Source: an uncultured Anaerolineaceae bacterium
GTDB taxonomy: Bacteria; Chloroflexota; Anaerolineae; Anaerolineales; UBA11579
Assembly: GCA_964572455.1 (NCBI GenBank)
Contig: CAZNFL010000007.1
Location: forward strand, 1,672 to 65,671
DNA: 64,000 bases
Reading direction: 5' to 3'
This document shows positions 33,780-42,626 of this stretch, in pieces. Below the pieces are notes generated by a model. It saw only the letters and a program-made list of their open reading frames with translations, made no database searches and had not been told where the DNA came from. How positions within the stretch are numbered: the stretch's first letter is position 1; each line of letters begins with the position of its first letter. A program made the position numbers and the translations under genes.

Positions 33780-34396
33780 ACACCCTGCTTAAGGCGATCT
33801 AAGACAACCTTCTGCAATTCAGCGGCCACGGCTTGGGGCGGCTGGGCGGCGTTCACTACCACCCAGCGATCGGGTTCGGCGGCGATGAGTTCGGCGTAGC
33901 CGGCGCGCACGCGGCGGTGGAAAGCCAGGTCATAGTCGTCCAGGCGATTCCAGTCGCCGCCTTTATTTCGGCGCTTGAGGCCTTCTTCCACGGGGATATC
34001 CAGAAAGATGGTCAGGTCGGGCTTTAGTCCGCCGGTGGCGAAAGAAACGATCTCGCGCAGCACATCCAGATCAACGCCATGCCCATAGCCCTGATATGCC
34101 AGGGTTGAATCGGCATAGCGGTCACATAAGACAATGATTCCATCTTTTAGCGCAGGGCGAATAATCTCTTCCACCAATTGGGCGCGGGATGCCTGGAAGA
34201 GCAAGATCTCCGTGCGCGGGTCCATGGTTTTGTTGTCGAGATCGAAAAGCACCCGGCGGATTTGGTCGCCAATCGAGGTGCCACCCGGTTCCCGAGTGGT
34301 AAGCAACTCGAAACCCTGAGAGCGCAACGCCTCCGCCAGGGCAGGCAGCTGCGAGGTCTTGCCGCTGCCGTCCGAGCCTTCGAGGGTGATGAACAT
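33776..34396 (-). CDS. tmk: Thymidylate kinase
   Basis: MFITLEGSDGSGKTSQ, CDRYADSTLAYQG. Confidence 0.92.
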   Translation of the reverse strand: MFITLEGSDGSGKTSQLPALAEALRSQGFELLTTREPGGTSIGDQIRRVLFDLDNKTMDPRTEILLFQASRAQLVEEIIRPALKDGIIVLCDRYADSTLAYQGYGHGVDLDVLREIVSFATGGLKPDLTIFLDIPVEEGLKRRNKGGDWNRLDDYDLAFHRRVRAGYAELIAAEPDRWVVVNAAQPPQAVAAELQKVVLDRLKQGV

Positions 34397-34494
34397 GGCG
34401 GAAAGTGTACCGCGAAGGAAATAGTGGATCAGGTGATCAGATGATCGGGAAAGATTCGATTTTGATTCCTGGACCCCTGTTCATTGTTGTCTAT

Positions 34495-36381
34495 TTACTT
34501 GTTTTCCCGTTCATGCCTGAATTGAGTCTCGTACAAGATAGCGTAGAGGCCACCACTGGCCAGCAGTTCAGCGTGGGTGCCCTGTTCCACCAGGCGGCCC
34601 TCATCCATCACCAGGATGACATCGGCGGCCAGGATGGTGGACAAGCGGTGGGCGATGACCAGGCTGGTGCGGCCGCGCAGCAGAGGCTCCAGAGCGGCCT
34701 GGATAAGCGCTTCGGACTGCGAGTCGAGGTGCGAGGTAGCCTCGTCGAGGATGAGGATGCGCGGGTCTTTGAGCACCACGCGAGCGATGGAGAGGCGCTG
34801 CTTTTCGCCACCGCTCATGCGGTAACCGCGTTCGCCGACCAAGGTGTCGTAACCCTGAGGCAGGCCAGCGATCATGTCGTGGATATTAGCAGCTCTGGCG
34901 GCGGCTTCCAACTCTGCTTGGGTCGCCTCCGGCTTGGCATAAAGCAGATTGGCGCGCACCGTATCGTGGAACAGATAACTTTCCTGGGTGACGACACCGA
35001 TCTGGTGGGCCAACCAGTCCAGCTTAAGATCGCGCAGGTCGTGGCCATCCAGCAGGATGCGGCCTTCCGTGGGGTCATAGAGGCGGGGCAGCAGGTAAGT
35101 GATGGTGGTCTTGCCGGCTCCGCTGGGCCCCACTAAAGCGGCCAGTTGACCGGGCTGGATCTCGAAACTTACATTCTTCAGCGCGTCCCGCCGCGTCGGC
35201 TCCACGAGAACCGCCGGCTCTTTGTCCCCGTTCGTGGAGGCAACCACCGACGGGGGCACCCCGGGCAGCTCCCCGGTTAAATAGCTGAATGAGACTTCTT
35301 CGAAACGGATGGAACCTTTTACGTCCGGAAGTTCCAGCGCGGTGGGCTTATCCTGGATCTCGATGGGCAAATCGAGAAATTCAAAGACGCGCTCGAAGCT
35401 CACCATTGACGTAGCGAATTCCACCTGGACGTTCGACAGCGAAGAAACCGGCCCATACAACCTATATACATACGCAACGAAAGCCACAATGCTGCCTGGG
35501 CTGATGGAACCCTCCAGCACGAAATAACCTCCGACGGCGAAGATGAGCACCGTGCCCACTGTGCCGGCCAACTCCAGCCATACGGAAAACAAGCGCCCAA
35601 TCAGGGCGCGACGCAAGCCGTTGTCACGTACATTTTCATTGGACCGGCGATAGCGTTCCCGCTCCTGCTGCTGGCGGCCAAAGGTCTTGGAGAGCAACGC
35701 CCCGCTTATGCTCAGGGTTTCAGCCACGATAGTGGACATCTCAGCGTTGTAGTTCATGCCTTTGCGGCGGATGTCCCGCAGGATGCGGCCAACCCGCCGG
35801 GCGGGCAGCAAGAACAGCGGCAACACCAAGCAAGCCATCAGAGTTAGGCGCCACTCGAGGGCGAACATGACTGCCAGAACACTGACCAGCGTGACGACGT
35901 TGGTAAGCACATTGGGAATTGTTCCGGTGATGGCGTTTTGGGCGCCTACCACGTCTTCCTCAAAGCGGGAGATGATGACCCCGGATTTAGTATGGGTGAA
36001 GAAGCGCAGGCCCATACGCTGCAGGTGATCGTACATGCTTTGGCGCAGGTCGAAGATAATGCCTTCACCGATGCGGGCACTCAGCAAACGCTCACCGACA
36101 CCGATCGCGCTGCTGGTTATGGGCACGGCCAGCATCAATAAGCCGAGCATGGTCAGCCGGGAGTAATCCTTGGTGGGCAGGACATTGTCGAACAGGTCAC
36201 GGTAGAGGAGCGGCGGGATGAGTTCTATCAGGGAGGTGAAAACGATGGAGGCCAACAGGAGCGCCAGCGGCCAAAAATAAGGCCGGGCGTAGCCCCACAC
36301 GCGGCGCAACAAGGCGCGATCCACTTGGGCTTTGCCCTGTGTTTCGTCGTAACGAAGGTAACGCCACCAGCCGCCGTACAT
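34495..36381 (-). CDS. ABC exporter, fused permease/ATPase (MsbA-like)
   Basis: Six-TM domain, then GPSGAGKTT, MSGGEKQRLSIAR, ILILDEATSHLD. Confidence 0.9.
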   Translation of the reverse strand: MYGGWWRYLRYDETQGKAQVDRALLRRVWGYARPYFWPLALLLASIVFTSLIELIPPLLYRDLFDNVLPTKDYSRLTMLGLLMLAVPITSSAIGVGERLLSARIGEGIIFDLRQSMYDHLQRMGLRFFTHTKSGVIISRFEEDVVGAQNAITGTIPNVLTNVVTLVSVLAVMFALEWRLTLMACLVLPLFLLPARRVGRILRDIRRKGMNYNAEMSTIVAETLSISGALLSKTFGRQQQERERYRRSNENVRDNGLRRALIGRLFSVWLELAGTVGTVLIFAVGGYFVLEGSISPGSIVAFVAYVYRLYGPVSSLSNVQVEFATSMVSFERVFEFLDLPIEIQDKPTALELPDVKGSIRFEEVSFSYLTGELPGVPPSVVASTNGDKEPAVLVEPTRRDALKNVSFEIQPGQLAALVGPSGAGKTTITYLLPRLYDPTEGRILLDGHDLRDLKLDWLAHQIGVVTQESYLFHDTVRANLLYAKPEATQAELEAAARAANIHDMIAGLPQGYDTLVGERGYRMSGGEKQRLSIARVVLKDPRILILDEATSHLDSQSEALIQAALEPLLRGRTSLVIAHRLSTILAADVILVMDEGRLVEQGTHAELLASGGLYAILYETQFRHERENK

Positions 36382-36455
36382 ATAGAAGACCGTTTATTCT
36401 ATCAAGTATGGGGAAACAAAAGGGAATGGCCTAGCAGAAGAAAGCAACAATTGGG

Positions 36456-36872
36456 CTAGCTATGGTGCAATAAGATCATCGGTATTTGACGTTTGGTTTT
36501 GTTCCCGTATTTAATGTAATAAGGGGACAAGCTGATCAGCTTTTGCCACAATCTCTGGCGCGTTTTAGGATCGGACACCTCGGCCAAGGCGGAAAATTGG
36601 ATGTCGTTGATACGCACTCCTACCTTTAGGTTTCTTTTCAAGTTCAAAAACCACTCGGGGTGCTTATCCGCACCTCCATTCGACGCGATGATGACGTAAT
36701 CCGGCCCCTCCTCAAAATAGCATAAGGGCTTGGTGCGCTGCTTGCCTGTTTTTCTTCCCGTCGTGGACAACAAGAGCACTTTAAGCCCTACTATTGTTCC
36801 GCCGATCTTTCCGTTAGTTAGGCGGTATAGGCTTGCGTAGATCCATATGGCAAATCTGATCACGGCGTTCAT
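36456..36872 (-). CDS. Deazaflavin (F420)-dependent nitroreductase family protein (DUF385-like)
   Basis: LLLSTTGRKTGKQRTKPLCYFEEG.DYVIIASNGGADKHPEWFLNL fits the Ddn-like family pattern. Confidence 0.7.
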   Translation of the reverse strand: MNAVIRFAIWIYASLYRLTNGKIGGTIVGLKVLLLSTTGRKTGKQRTKPLCYFEEGPDYVIIASNGGADKHPEWFLNLKRNLKVGVRINDIQFSALAEVSDPKTRQRLWQKLISLSPYYIKYGNKTKRQIPMILLHHS

Positions 36873-36884
36873 ACGGGTCTCATT

Positions 36885-37508
36885 TCACAGCACAACGAGA
36901 CCCAACCGCACGCCGCGGCGCACGGCTTCGGTGCGGTTGGTGACGCCCAGTTTGGCATAAATCGCGGAGACGTGGAACTTTACGGTGTGCTCACTGATAG
37001 CCAGCTGCAGGGCGATCTGCTTGTTGGGAAAGCCCTGGGCGAGGAGCTGCAGCACCTGGCCTTCGCGATCGGTGAGCTCTTCGGCGAGCTCGTCGGTTTC
37101 GGCCAAGGCGGCGGCCGGGCCGAATAGCGGCTGCACCAGCGCTGGCGCAGCAGCCAATAGCCCTTCGTGCAAGGCGGCGACGGCTGCAATCAATTCTTCT
37201 TCGCCGGCTTCGGGCGGAAGCAGACCCCAAGCGCGCAATGGCAGCCCGGCCAGGCTGCGAGCGGCCGTGGTTTCTTCGCTGAGCAATAACAGCGCGGGAG
37301 GCGCCTCCGCGTTTTCCAACGCAGCGCGCAAGGCCTCCAGCGAATAGTTTTCGCCAGCGACCAACAACACGTCCAGCGCGCCCAGGTCATCAAGATCGCG
37401 CGGAGCGGCGGCCTCTACCAGCACTTCGATGCGCTCGTCGGCAGCCAACAAGGCGCGCAGACCGCTACGTAGAGCGGGAGTCGGGGCGAGGAGAGCAACT
37501 CTAATCAT
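36885..37508 (-). CDS. LuxR-family transcriptional regulator (receiver-like N-terminus + HTH)
   Basis: C-terminal LTDREGQVLQLLAQGFPNKQIALQLAISEHTVKFHVSAIYAKLGV. Confidence 0.8.
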   Translation of the reverse strand: MIRVALLAPTPALRSGLRALLAADERIEVLVEAAAPRDLDDLGALDVLLVAGENYSLEALRAALENAEAPPALLLLSEETTAARSLAGLPLRAWGLLPPEAGEEELIAAVAALHEGLLAAAPALVQPLFGPAAALAETDELAEELTDREGQVLQLLAQGFPNKQIALQLAISEHTVKFHVSAIYAKLGVTNRTEAVRRGVRLGLVVL

Positions 37509-37520
37509 TTGGTTTGGATT

Positions 37521-37551
37521 GCTAATCGATTAATCATTAATCTGTTAATCA
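37521..37551. repeat. TTAATC array (4 copies in 31 bp)
   Basis: gcTAATCgaTTAATCaTTAATCtgTTAATCa. Confidence 0.6.
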
Positions 37552-37575
37552 AATGGCCAGTAATTCATGACGGCA

Positions 37576-37604
37576 ACTAACCGATTACCTGATTAACCGA
37601 TTGC
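37576..37604. repeat. Degenerate TTAACC/TTACC array
   Basis: acTAACCgaTTACCtgaTTAACCgattgc, adjacent to the previous array. Confidence 0.4.
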
Positions 37605-38167
37605 ATCTTAGTTACAAAATCGATTGCCACTGCGCTGGGGATAGCGACGCCCTGATCTCCGCCGACGATGAGCGTGTTGATGCCGACGACTTGGCCGGCG
37701 GCATTGAGCAAAGGGCCGCCGGAATTGCCGGGGGCCAGCCGGGCGTCGGTGCGGATGATGGGGATGACGCCGCGCCGCCCGCGGGTTTGGGCGCTGCCTA
37801 AATGGCTGATGACGCCCATACTGGCTGCATTGCGCTGGCCCCAGGGATGGCCGAGAGTGAAGACCAATTCGCCGGCGCGCAACTGGGTCGAATCACCCAT
37901 GTGAGCGGCAGGTAGTTCCCCCGCCGGGATGCGCAATAGGGCCAAGTCGATCTCCTCGTCGGTGGCAATCACCTCGGCCTCGAAAGATCGTTCATCAGCC
38001 AGCAAGACGCGCGGCCTTTGGCGGCCGAGCACGTGACGATTGGTGAGCACCAGTCCATCCGCGCTCCACAGGATGCCGGCGCCGGCGCCGTAGCGCTTGG
38101 CGAAAACGGCCACCAGGCTAGGGCGCGCCGCGGCGATGACGGAATGAAAGTCGATAGTTAGCGGCAT
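37577..38167 (-). CDS. Trypsin-like serine protease (S1C-like, no PDZ)
   Basis: LVLTNRHVL (His), IDLALLRI (Asp), PGNSGGPLLN (Ser). Confidence 0.8.
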   Translation of the reverse strand: MPLTIDFHSVIAAARPSLVAVFAKRYGAGAGILWSADGLVLTNRHVLGRQRPRVLLADERSFEAEVIATDEEIDLALLRIPAGELPAAHMGDSTQLRAGELVFTLGHPWGQRNAASMGVISHLGSAQTRGRRGVIPIIRTDARLAPGNSGGPLLNAAGQVVGINTLIVGGDQGVAIPSAVAIDFVTKMQSVNQVIG

Positions 38168-39123
38168 TAGCGCCTCCAGCCGCGGCGGCGGCCAAAATGC
38201 CGGCCGTGCGCTTCGCGCTCGGCGGCTTCGTCGTGTTCGCCGATGGTGACCTTCACCATCTGCGGTTTGCCGCCGCGCAACACTTCCAGCTCGATAGCTT
38301 TGCCAACCACGCCGCTGTTGAGCTGCAGCAGCAATTCGTCGTGGTCGGCAACCGGCTGCCCGGCAAAACCGGCGATGAGATCGCCCACGATCAGGCCGGC
38401 CGCGACGGCCGGGCTATCTTTTTCAACACTCATGACCAAGAGACCGGAGGCTTGCTCACGTTTGAGGGATTTACTTGCGTCGGCAGAGATCTCGACTAGT
38501 TGGCTGCGAATACCCAGGTAGCCGCGCTTCACGCCGCCGTGTTCTTCGATAGACTTGGCGATGCTCCAAGCCAACTTGGCGGGAATGGTGAGCGAAGCGC
38601 CCATGCCCAAGCCGGAGGTATTGAGGCCCAGGACGCGGCCTTCGGCGTCGACCAGTGGACCGCCGGAAAAACCGGGGTAGGGGATGGCGTCGGTGCGTAG
38701 ATAGGATTCGAGCAGACCGCCGTGGTGCGAGCGCAGCGGGCCGCCGATGGCGCTGACGATGCCAAGGCTGGCTTGAGCGCCTTCGGAGGTAGGGCGGCCG
38801 AGAGCTAACGCTAATTGGCCGACCTGTGGGTTGGTGTTGGTCTGAGCCGCAGCGCCTTTGGCGGCGGAAAGTTTGAGCACGGCCAGGTCGCTATGCGGAT
38901 CGCGGCCGAGCAGCTCAGCGGTCAGTTCTTCGCCGTCGGGTAAGGTGACCTTAATTTCGTCTTCTTGCACGACATGGCTGGCGGTGAGCACCAACCCGGG
39001 GGCGGTGACTACACCGGATGCGGGGAAACGCGACCGGGCATCTACAGTGACCAGCGAGGCACCGGCAGCCTGCACGGCGTTGGCCAGGGCGGACGATAGG
39101 GCCTGCAATTCTGAATTAGGCAT
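38167..39123 (-). CDS. HtrA/DegP-like serine protease with one PDZ domain
   Basis: LVLTASHVV, DLAVLKL, GFSGGPLVD, then PDZ-like GYLGIRSQ..GLLVMSVEKDSPAVAAGLIVGDLI. Confidence 0.85.
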   Translation of the reverse strand: MPNSELQALSSALANAVQAAGASLVTVDARSRFPASGVVTAPGLVLTASHVVQEDEIKVTLPDGEELTAELLGRDPHSDLAVLKLSAAKGAAAQTNTNPQVGQLALALGRPTSEGAQASLGIVSAIGGPLRSHHGGLLESYLRTDAIPYPGFSGGPLVDAEGRVLGLNTSGLGMGASLTIPAKLAWSIAKSIEEHGGVKRGYLGIRSQLVEISADASKSLKREQASGLLVMSVEKDSPAVAAGLIVGDLIAGFAGQPVADHDELLLQLNSGVVGKAIELEVLRGGKPQMVKVTIGEHDEAAEREAHGRHFGRRRGWRR

Positions 39124-39284
39124 GGGACTCCTTAGGTTGGAATGATGCTAACAGGCGAGTATTGTTTTACCGTTAGAGTCTATGACGCAAGGGGCAAGAC
39201 AGCATCCGCCGTTCGGCTAGGTGCAGGCTGGGCGTTTGGGTAGCGTATGGTAAAGTAATCGTGATTCTGCTATTCGAGGGAAAA

Positions 39285-40400
39285 ATGGAATATTACTTAG
39301 ATGTCTTTTCACCAGAAACCTATGAGGCTTATAGTAAATCCGACAGAAGGATCACTGGATTTGCTCCAAGATATGCTTCTCGGGCAAAAAGGGTCGAACC
39401 GGGAGATAAATTCTTATGCTATATCACTGGTCTATCCAGGTGGGCCGGAATGCTGGAGGTCAAATCAAAATCGTTTGAAGATAAAACTCCAAGATTTTAC
39501 GAAAAGGACGACCCTTATATCGTGCGCTTTAAGGTGGAACCTATAATTTGGCTTGGGAAAGAAAATGCTATACCAATCCGAGAAGATAATATTTGGAATA
39601 ATCTCTCTATAACAAAAAATTATAAAAAAAGTTCCAAGGAGTGGACGGGACCGTTTCGTGCTAGCCTCTATCATTTTAGTAACGAAGATGCTGAGCTTAT
39701 TGCACAAGCACTTTTTAGGCAAAGTGAGAAAAATCAACTTTACCCTATTGACGAAAAGGATCAAAAGGCCTTAAAAGAAAGCCACCGACGTCTTGATAAA
39801 ACATTAAACACATCCGCAATAGTTGATGATGATGATGAAAAGGACATCCCAACTGAATTAGCAACCGAAGTTCGGAAATCTGCCCAAATCCAAGCAATTC
39901 TTGCTCGGATTGGTGAAGAAATGGGTTTTTCAATTTGGATACCTAAAAGCGACAGAAACCTGGTACTACAAGAATTGGTTTCAGCACCAAAGAACTTAGT
40001 TGATCACCTACCGTTAAATTATGACGAGATAACACTAAAGACAATTGAGCAAATTGATGTTATTTGGTTGAACAAAAGATCAATTGTTAGAGCATTCGAA
40101 ATTGAACACACAACCTCTGTATATTCAGGCATATTGCGAATGGCTGATTTACTAGCTCTTCAACCCAATATGGATATCAAGCTGCATATCGTGGCACCTT
40201 TGGATAGGCGAGGAAAAGTATTTCGCCAATTACAGCGGCCGGTATTTGGCCTTCTTGAAAAGGCGCCACTATCTGGCATGTGTTCTTTTATTTCATATGA
40301 CAGTGTTGAGCAACTTTCACAAGACCGTCACTTATCTCATTTATCGGATTCTGTTTTGGAAGATTACGAAGAATATGCCAATGATTTAGACAACTGCTAG
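39285..40400 (+). CDS. Fusion of an EVE/PUA-like N-terminal domain with a restriction-endonuclease-like C-terminal domain (candidate modification-dependent nuclease)
   Basis: The N-terminus YYLDVFSPETY...PGDKFLCYITGLSRWAGMLEV.S...D..P......PYIVRFKVEPIIWL resembles EVE-type beta barrels. The C-terminus IDVIWLNKRSIVRAFEIEHTTSVYSGILRMADL has a D...E-x-E nuclease-core look. AT-rich single-gene insert. GAGGGA RBS precedes ATG 39285. Confidence 0.55.
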   Translation: MEYYLDVFSPETYEAYSKSDRRITGFAPRYASRAKRVEPGDKFLCYITGLSRWAGMLEVKSKSFEDKTPRFYEKDDPYIVRFKVEPIIWLGKENAIPIREDNIWNNLSITKNYKKSSKEWTGPFRASLYHFSNEDAELIAQALFRQSEKNQLYPIDEKDQKALKESHRRLDKTLNTSAIVDDDDEKDIPTELATEVRKSAQIQAILARIGEEMGFSIWIPKSDRNLVLQELVSAPKNLVDHLPLNYDEITLKTIEQIDVIWLNKRSIVRAFEIEHTTSVYSGILRMADLLALQPNMDIKLHIVAPLDRRGKVFRQLQRPVFGLLEKAPLSGMCSFISYDSVEQLSQDRHLSHLSDSVLEDYEEYANDLDNC

Positions 40401-40415
40401 AATAAAGGAATATTT

Positions 40416-40913
40416 ATGGCAGACAATAAACCCGAAATGGTTGTAGATGATGTGGTGGTGAGCCTGGCCTACACACTCACCGTAGACGGCGAAGTGCTGG
40501 ATATGGCTGATGATCACGACGCCATCCAATTTTTGCAGGGACGCAAAAACATTATCTCCGGCCTTGAGTCACAGATCGCAGGGATGAAGGTGGGCGAAAG
40601 CAAGCAGGTGGTGGTGCCCGCCGAGAGCGGCTACGGCCCGATAGACAAGAACGCCATCGATGACATTCCCCTCAGCGAATTCCCCGAGGAAGTGGAGCCT
40701 GAGGTGGGCATGGAGCTTGAGGTCAAAGATAAAGAAGGCAACGAGATGTTCGGGAAGGTGCTATCCATCCAGGGGGAGACGGCCACCATGGATTTCAATC
40801 ATCCGCTGGCCGGCAAGGAACTACACTTCGAGGTCAAGGTCGTAGACTTGCGACAAGCCACCGCAGAAGAACTGGCCCACGGGCATGTGCACGAGCCGGG
40901 GCATCATCATTAA
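40416..40913 (+). CDS. slyD: FKBP-type peptidyl-prolyl isomerase, SlyD-like
   Basis: FKBP core with insert-in-flap and His-rich tail HGHVHEPGHHH. Confidence 0.85.
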   Translation: MADNKPEMVVDDVVVSLAYTLTVDGEVLDMADDHDAIQFLQGRKNIISGLESQIAGMKVGESKQVVVPAESGYGPIDKNAIDDIPLSEFPEEVEPEVGMELEVKDKEGNEMFGKVLSIQGETATMDFNHPLAGKELHFEVKVVDLRQATAEELAHGHVHEPGHHH

Positions 40914-40941
40914 TAGTTGACAGTAGACCGCTGACAGAATA

Positions 40942-40969
40942 AGCGCGCCGATAGGTGCGCTTTTTGTTT
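40942..40969 (+). terminator. Intrinsic terminator after slyD
   Basis: AGCGCGCC-gata-GGTGCGCT followed by TTTTGTTT. Confidence 0.6.
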
Positions 40970-41666
40970 ACGCGGCGGTGGCTTCCCTGAGCGCGGCGCG
41001 GGCCAACAGGCGGGTCGAGTCCAGCGTTGGCAGCACAGAATCGGCGGGATCGATGAGCAGCGGGATCTCGGTGCAGCCCAGAATGACCGCGTCGCAGCCC
41101 TGTGCGGCAAACTCGGCGATCAAACTCTTGAAAGAATCACGCGTGGCCGGCAGCATGGTGCCATAGATCAACTCTTCGACGATATATTGGTGCACTTTGC
41201 GGCGCACGTCGAGCGCCGGCGTGAGGACCTGGATGCCACGCGGCTCTAATTTGCGCGGATACACCGGACCTTCCATCAGCGGCTGCGTGCCCAGCAGGCC
41301 TAGTTTGCGGAAAGCAGAGCTTTCCGCAGCTTTAGCGACTTCCTCGGCGATGTGCAGCCAGGGTAGCGGGGATTGTTCAATGATGGGATCGATGGAGACA
41401 TGCACGGTATTGTCGGGGCAGATCAGGAAATCCGCGCCGGCATTCGCCAGGATGTGGGCAGAGGCCAGGATGCGCTCGCCCACCAGCTCCCAGCGATCGG
41501 CGTCCGACGGTTTTTTGTAGTCATTCAGGTTGAAGGTGTGCATGGTGACTTCGGGGTGCTCGTACATGCCCAGCCAGTCCTTGCCCTCCTGGCAGATGGT
41601 GCGATAGCACAGCGCGGCGCCTTCGTAAGAGACGCCGACGATGCCGATGTGTTTGGGGATGGACAT
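40968..41666 (-). CDS. Aspartate/glutamate racemase family protein
   Basis: Two-Cys layout (..LICPDNTVH.. and ..VILGCTEIPLL..). Confidence 0.8.
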   Translation of the reverse strand: MSIPKHIGIVGVSYEGAALCYRTICQEGKDWLGMYEHPEVTMHTFNLNDYKKPSDADRWELVGERILASAHILANAGADFLICPDNTVHVSIDPIIEQSPLPWLHIAEEVAKAAESSAFRKLGLLGTQPLMEGPVYPRKLEPRGIQVLTPALDVRRKVHQYIVEELIYGTMLPATRDSFKSLIAEFAAQGCDAVILGCTEIPLLIDPADSVLPTLDSTRLLARAALREATAA

Positions 41667-41758
41667 AGGAGATTTGGGGAGAACGAGTAGCTTTCAGCAG
41701 TCTGAGTTACAGCTTGTAGATTGCGACAACCTTGTTGTTTTATAGATAGGTATGTGGC

Positions 41759-42595
41759 TCATGCCATCACGTCGCTCTTGGGCGCTTCGTTCCACAATAC
41801 CGAGTTGTCCTTTGGCTGGTAACCCATTTGCTTCTCAGCATACTCAATATCTAGCCAGCGAGTTGGGTTATTGCTAACTCCATAAAAAATGTCGAAAGGC
41901 GAGTCATCATAATCCAAACAACATTGCACAAGCTGCAAAAGATCGCGCCTCGAAAGCCACAATGCCTTCAGGCGTTTCACTTTATGCTCGTATACTGAAT
42001 CATTCCTTTGGCATTCGCCATCGCGTACTCCGGATTCTGCATCGCCGTAAGGATGGTCCTCTGCAGTTGAACGCACACCGCCAATGCGCAACGCATAAAA
42101 ACGCAATTCGCCTCTCTCCGCAAAATATCGCCCTAGATTTTCGCCGAAGAGCTTGCTGACCCCGTAATAAGAATCAGGGCGAGGCTCGGCTTCTTTGGTA
42201 AGCATGATGCCGTGGCCTGATTCGTAGATGTGTGGCGTGTTCTCTAATTCGACCATGCCGACCACATGGTTGCTACTTGCGAAAACAACTTGCTCCACGC
42301 CCGCTAGTCTAGATGCCTCCAGCACGGTTTGCGTGCCGAGAATATTGTTTTGAAGCACTTCTTCCCAGGAACTCTCCAGGGAGGCACTGGCGGCGAGGTG
42401 GACAACTACTTGACAGCCTTCCATCGATTGTTCTAGCAAGTTTCTGTCTTGAATTTTCCCTTGTACAACACCGGGTTTGCCCTTAAATTCGTTGGGAATC
42501 TTTTTATCGAAGAGCACTTTGTCGCAAGGCAAATTTGCCAAGGCCGTACCCACTATGCCAAATGCCCCCGTGATAAAAATCTTCCTAGCTATCAT
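41759..42595 (-). CDS. NAD-dependent epimerase/dehydratase family protein
   Basis: ITGAFGIVGTAL Rossmann motif and YGVSKLFGE (YxxxK). GC is lower than the neighbours. Confidence 0.8.
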   Translation of the reverse strand: MIARKIFITGAFGIVGTALANLPCDKVLFDKKIPNEFKGKPGVVQGKIQDRNLLEQSMEGCQVVVHLAASASLESSWEEVLQNNILGTQTVLEASRLAGVEQVVFASSNHVVGMVELENTPHIYESGHGIMLTKEAEPRPDSYYGVSKLFGENLGRYFAERGELRFYALRIGGVRSTAEDHPYGDAESGVRDGECQRNDSVYEHKVKRLKALWLSRRDLLQLVQCCLDYDDSPFDIFYGVSNNPTRWLDIEYAEKQMGYQPKDNSVLWNEAPKSDVMA

Positions 42596-42626
42596 TCGGC
42601 GTCGCTCGGAATGACAAACTATTTGA

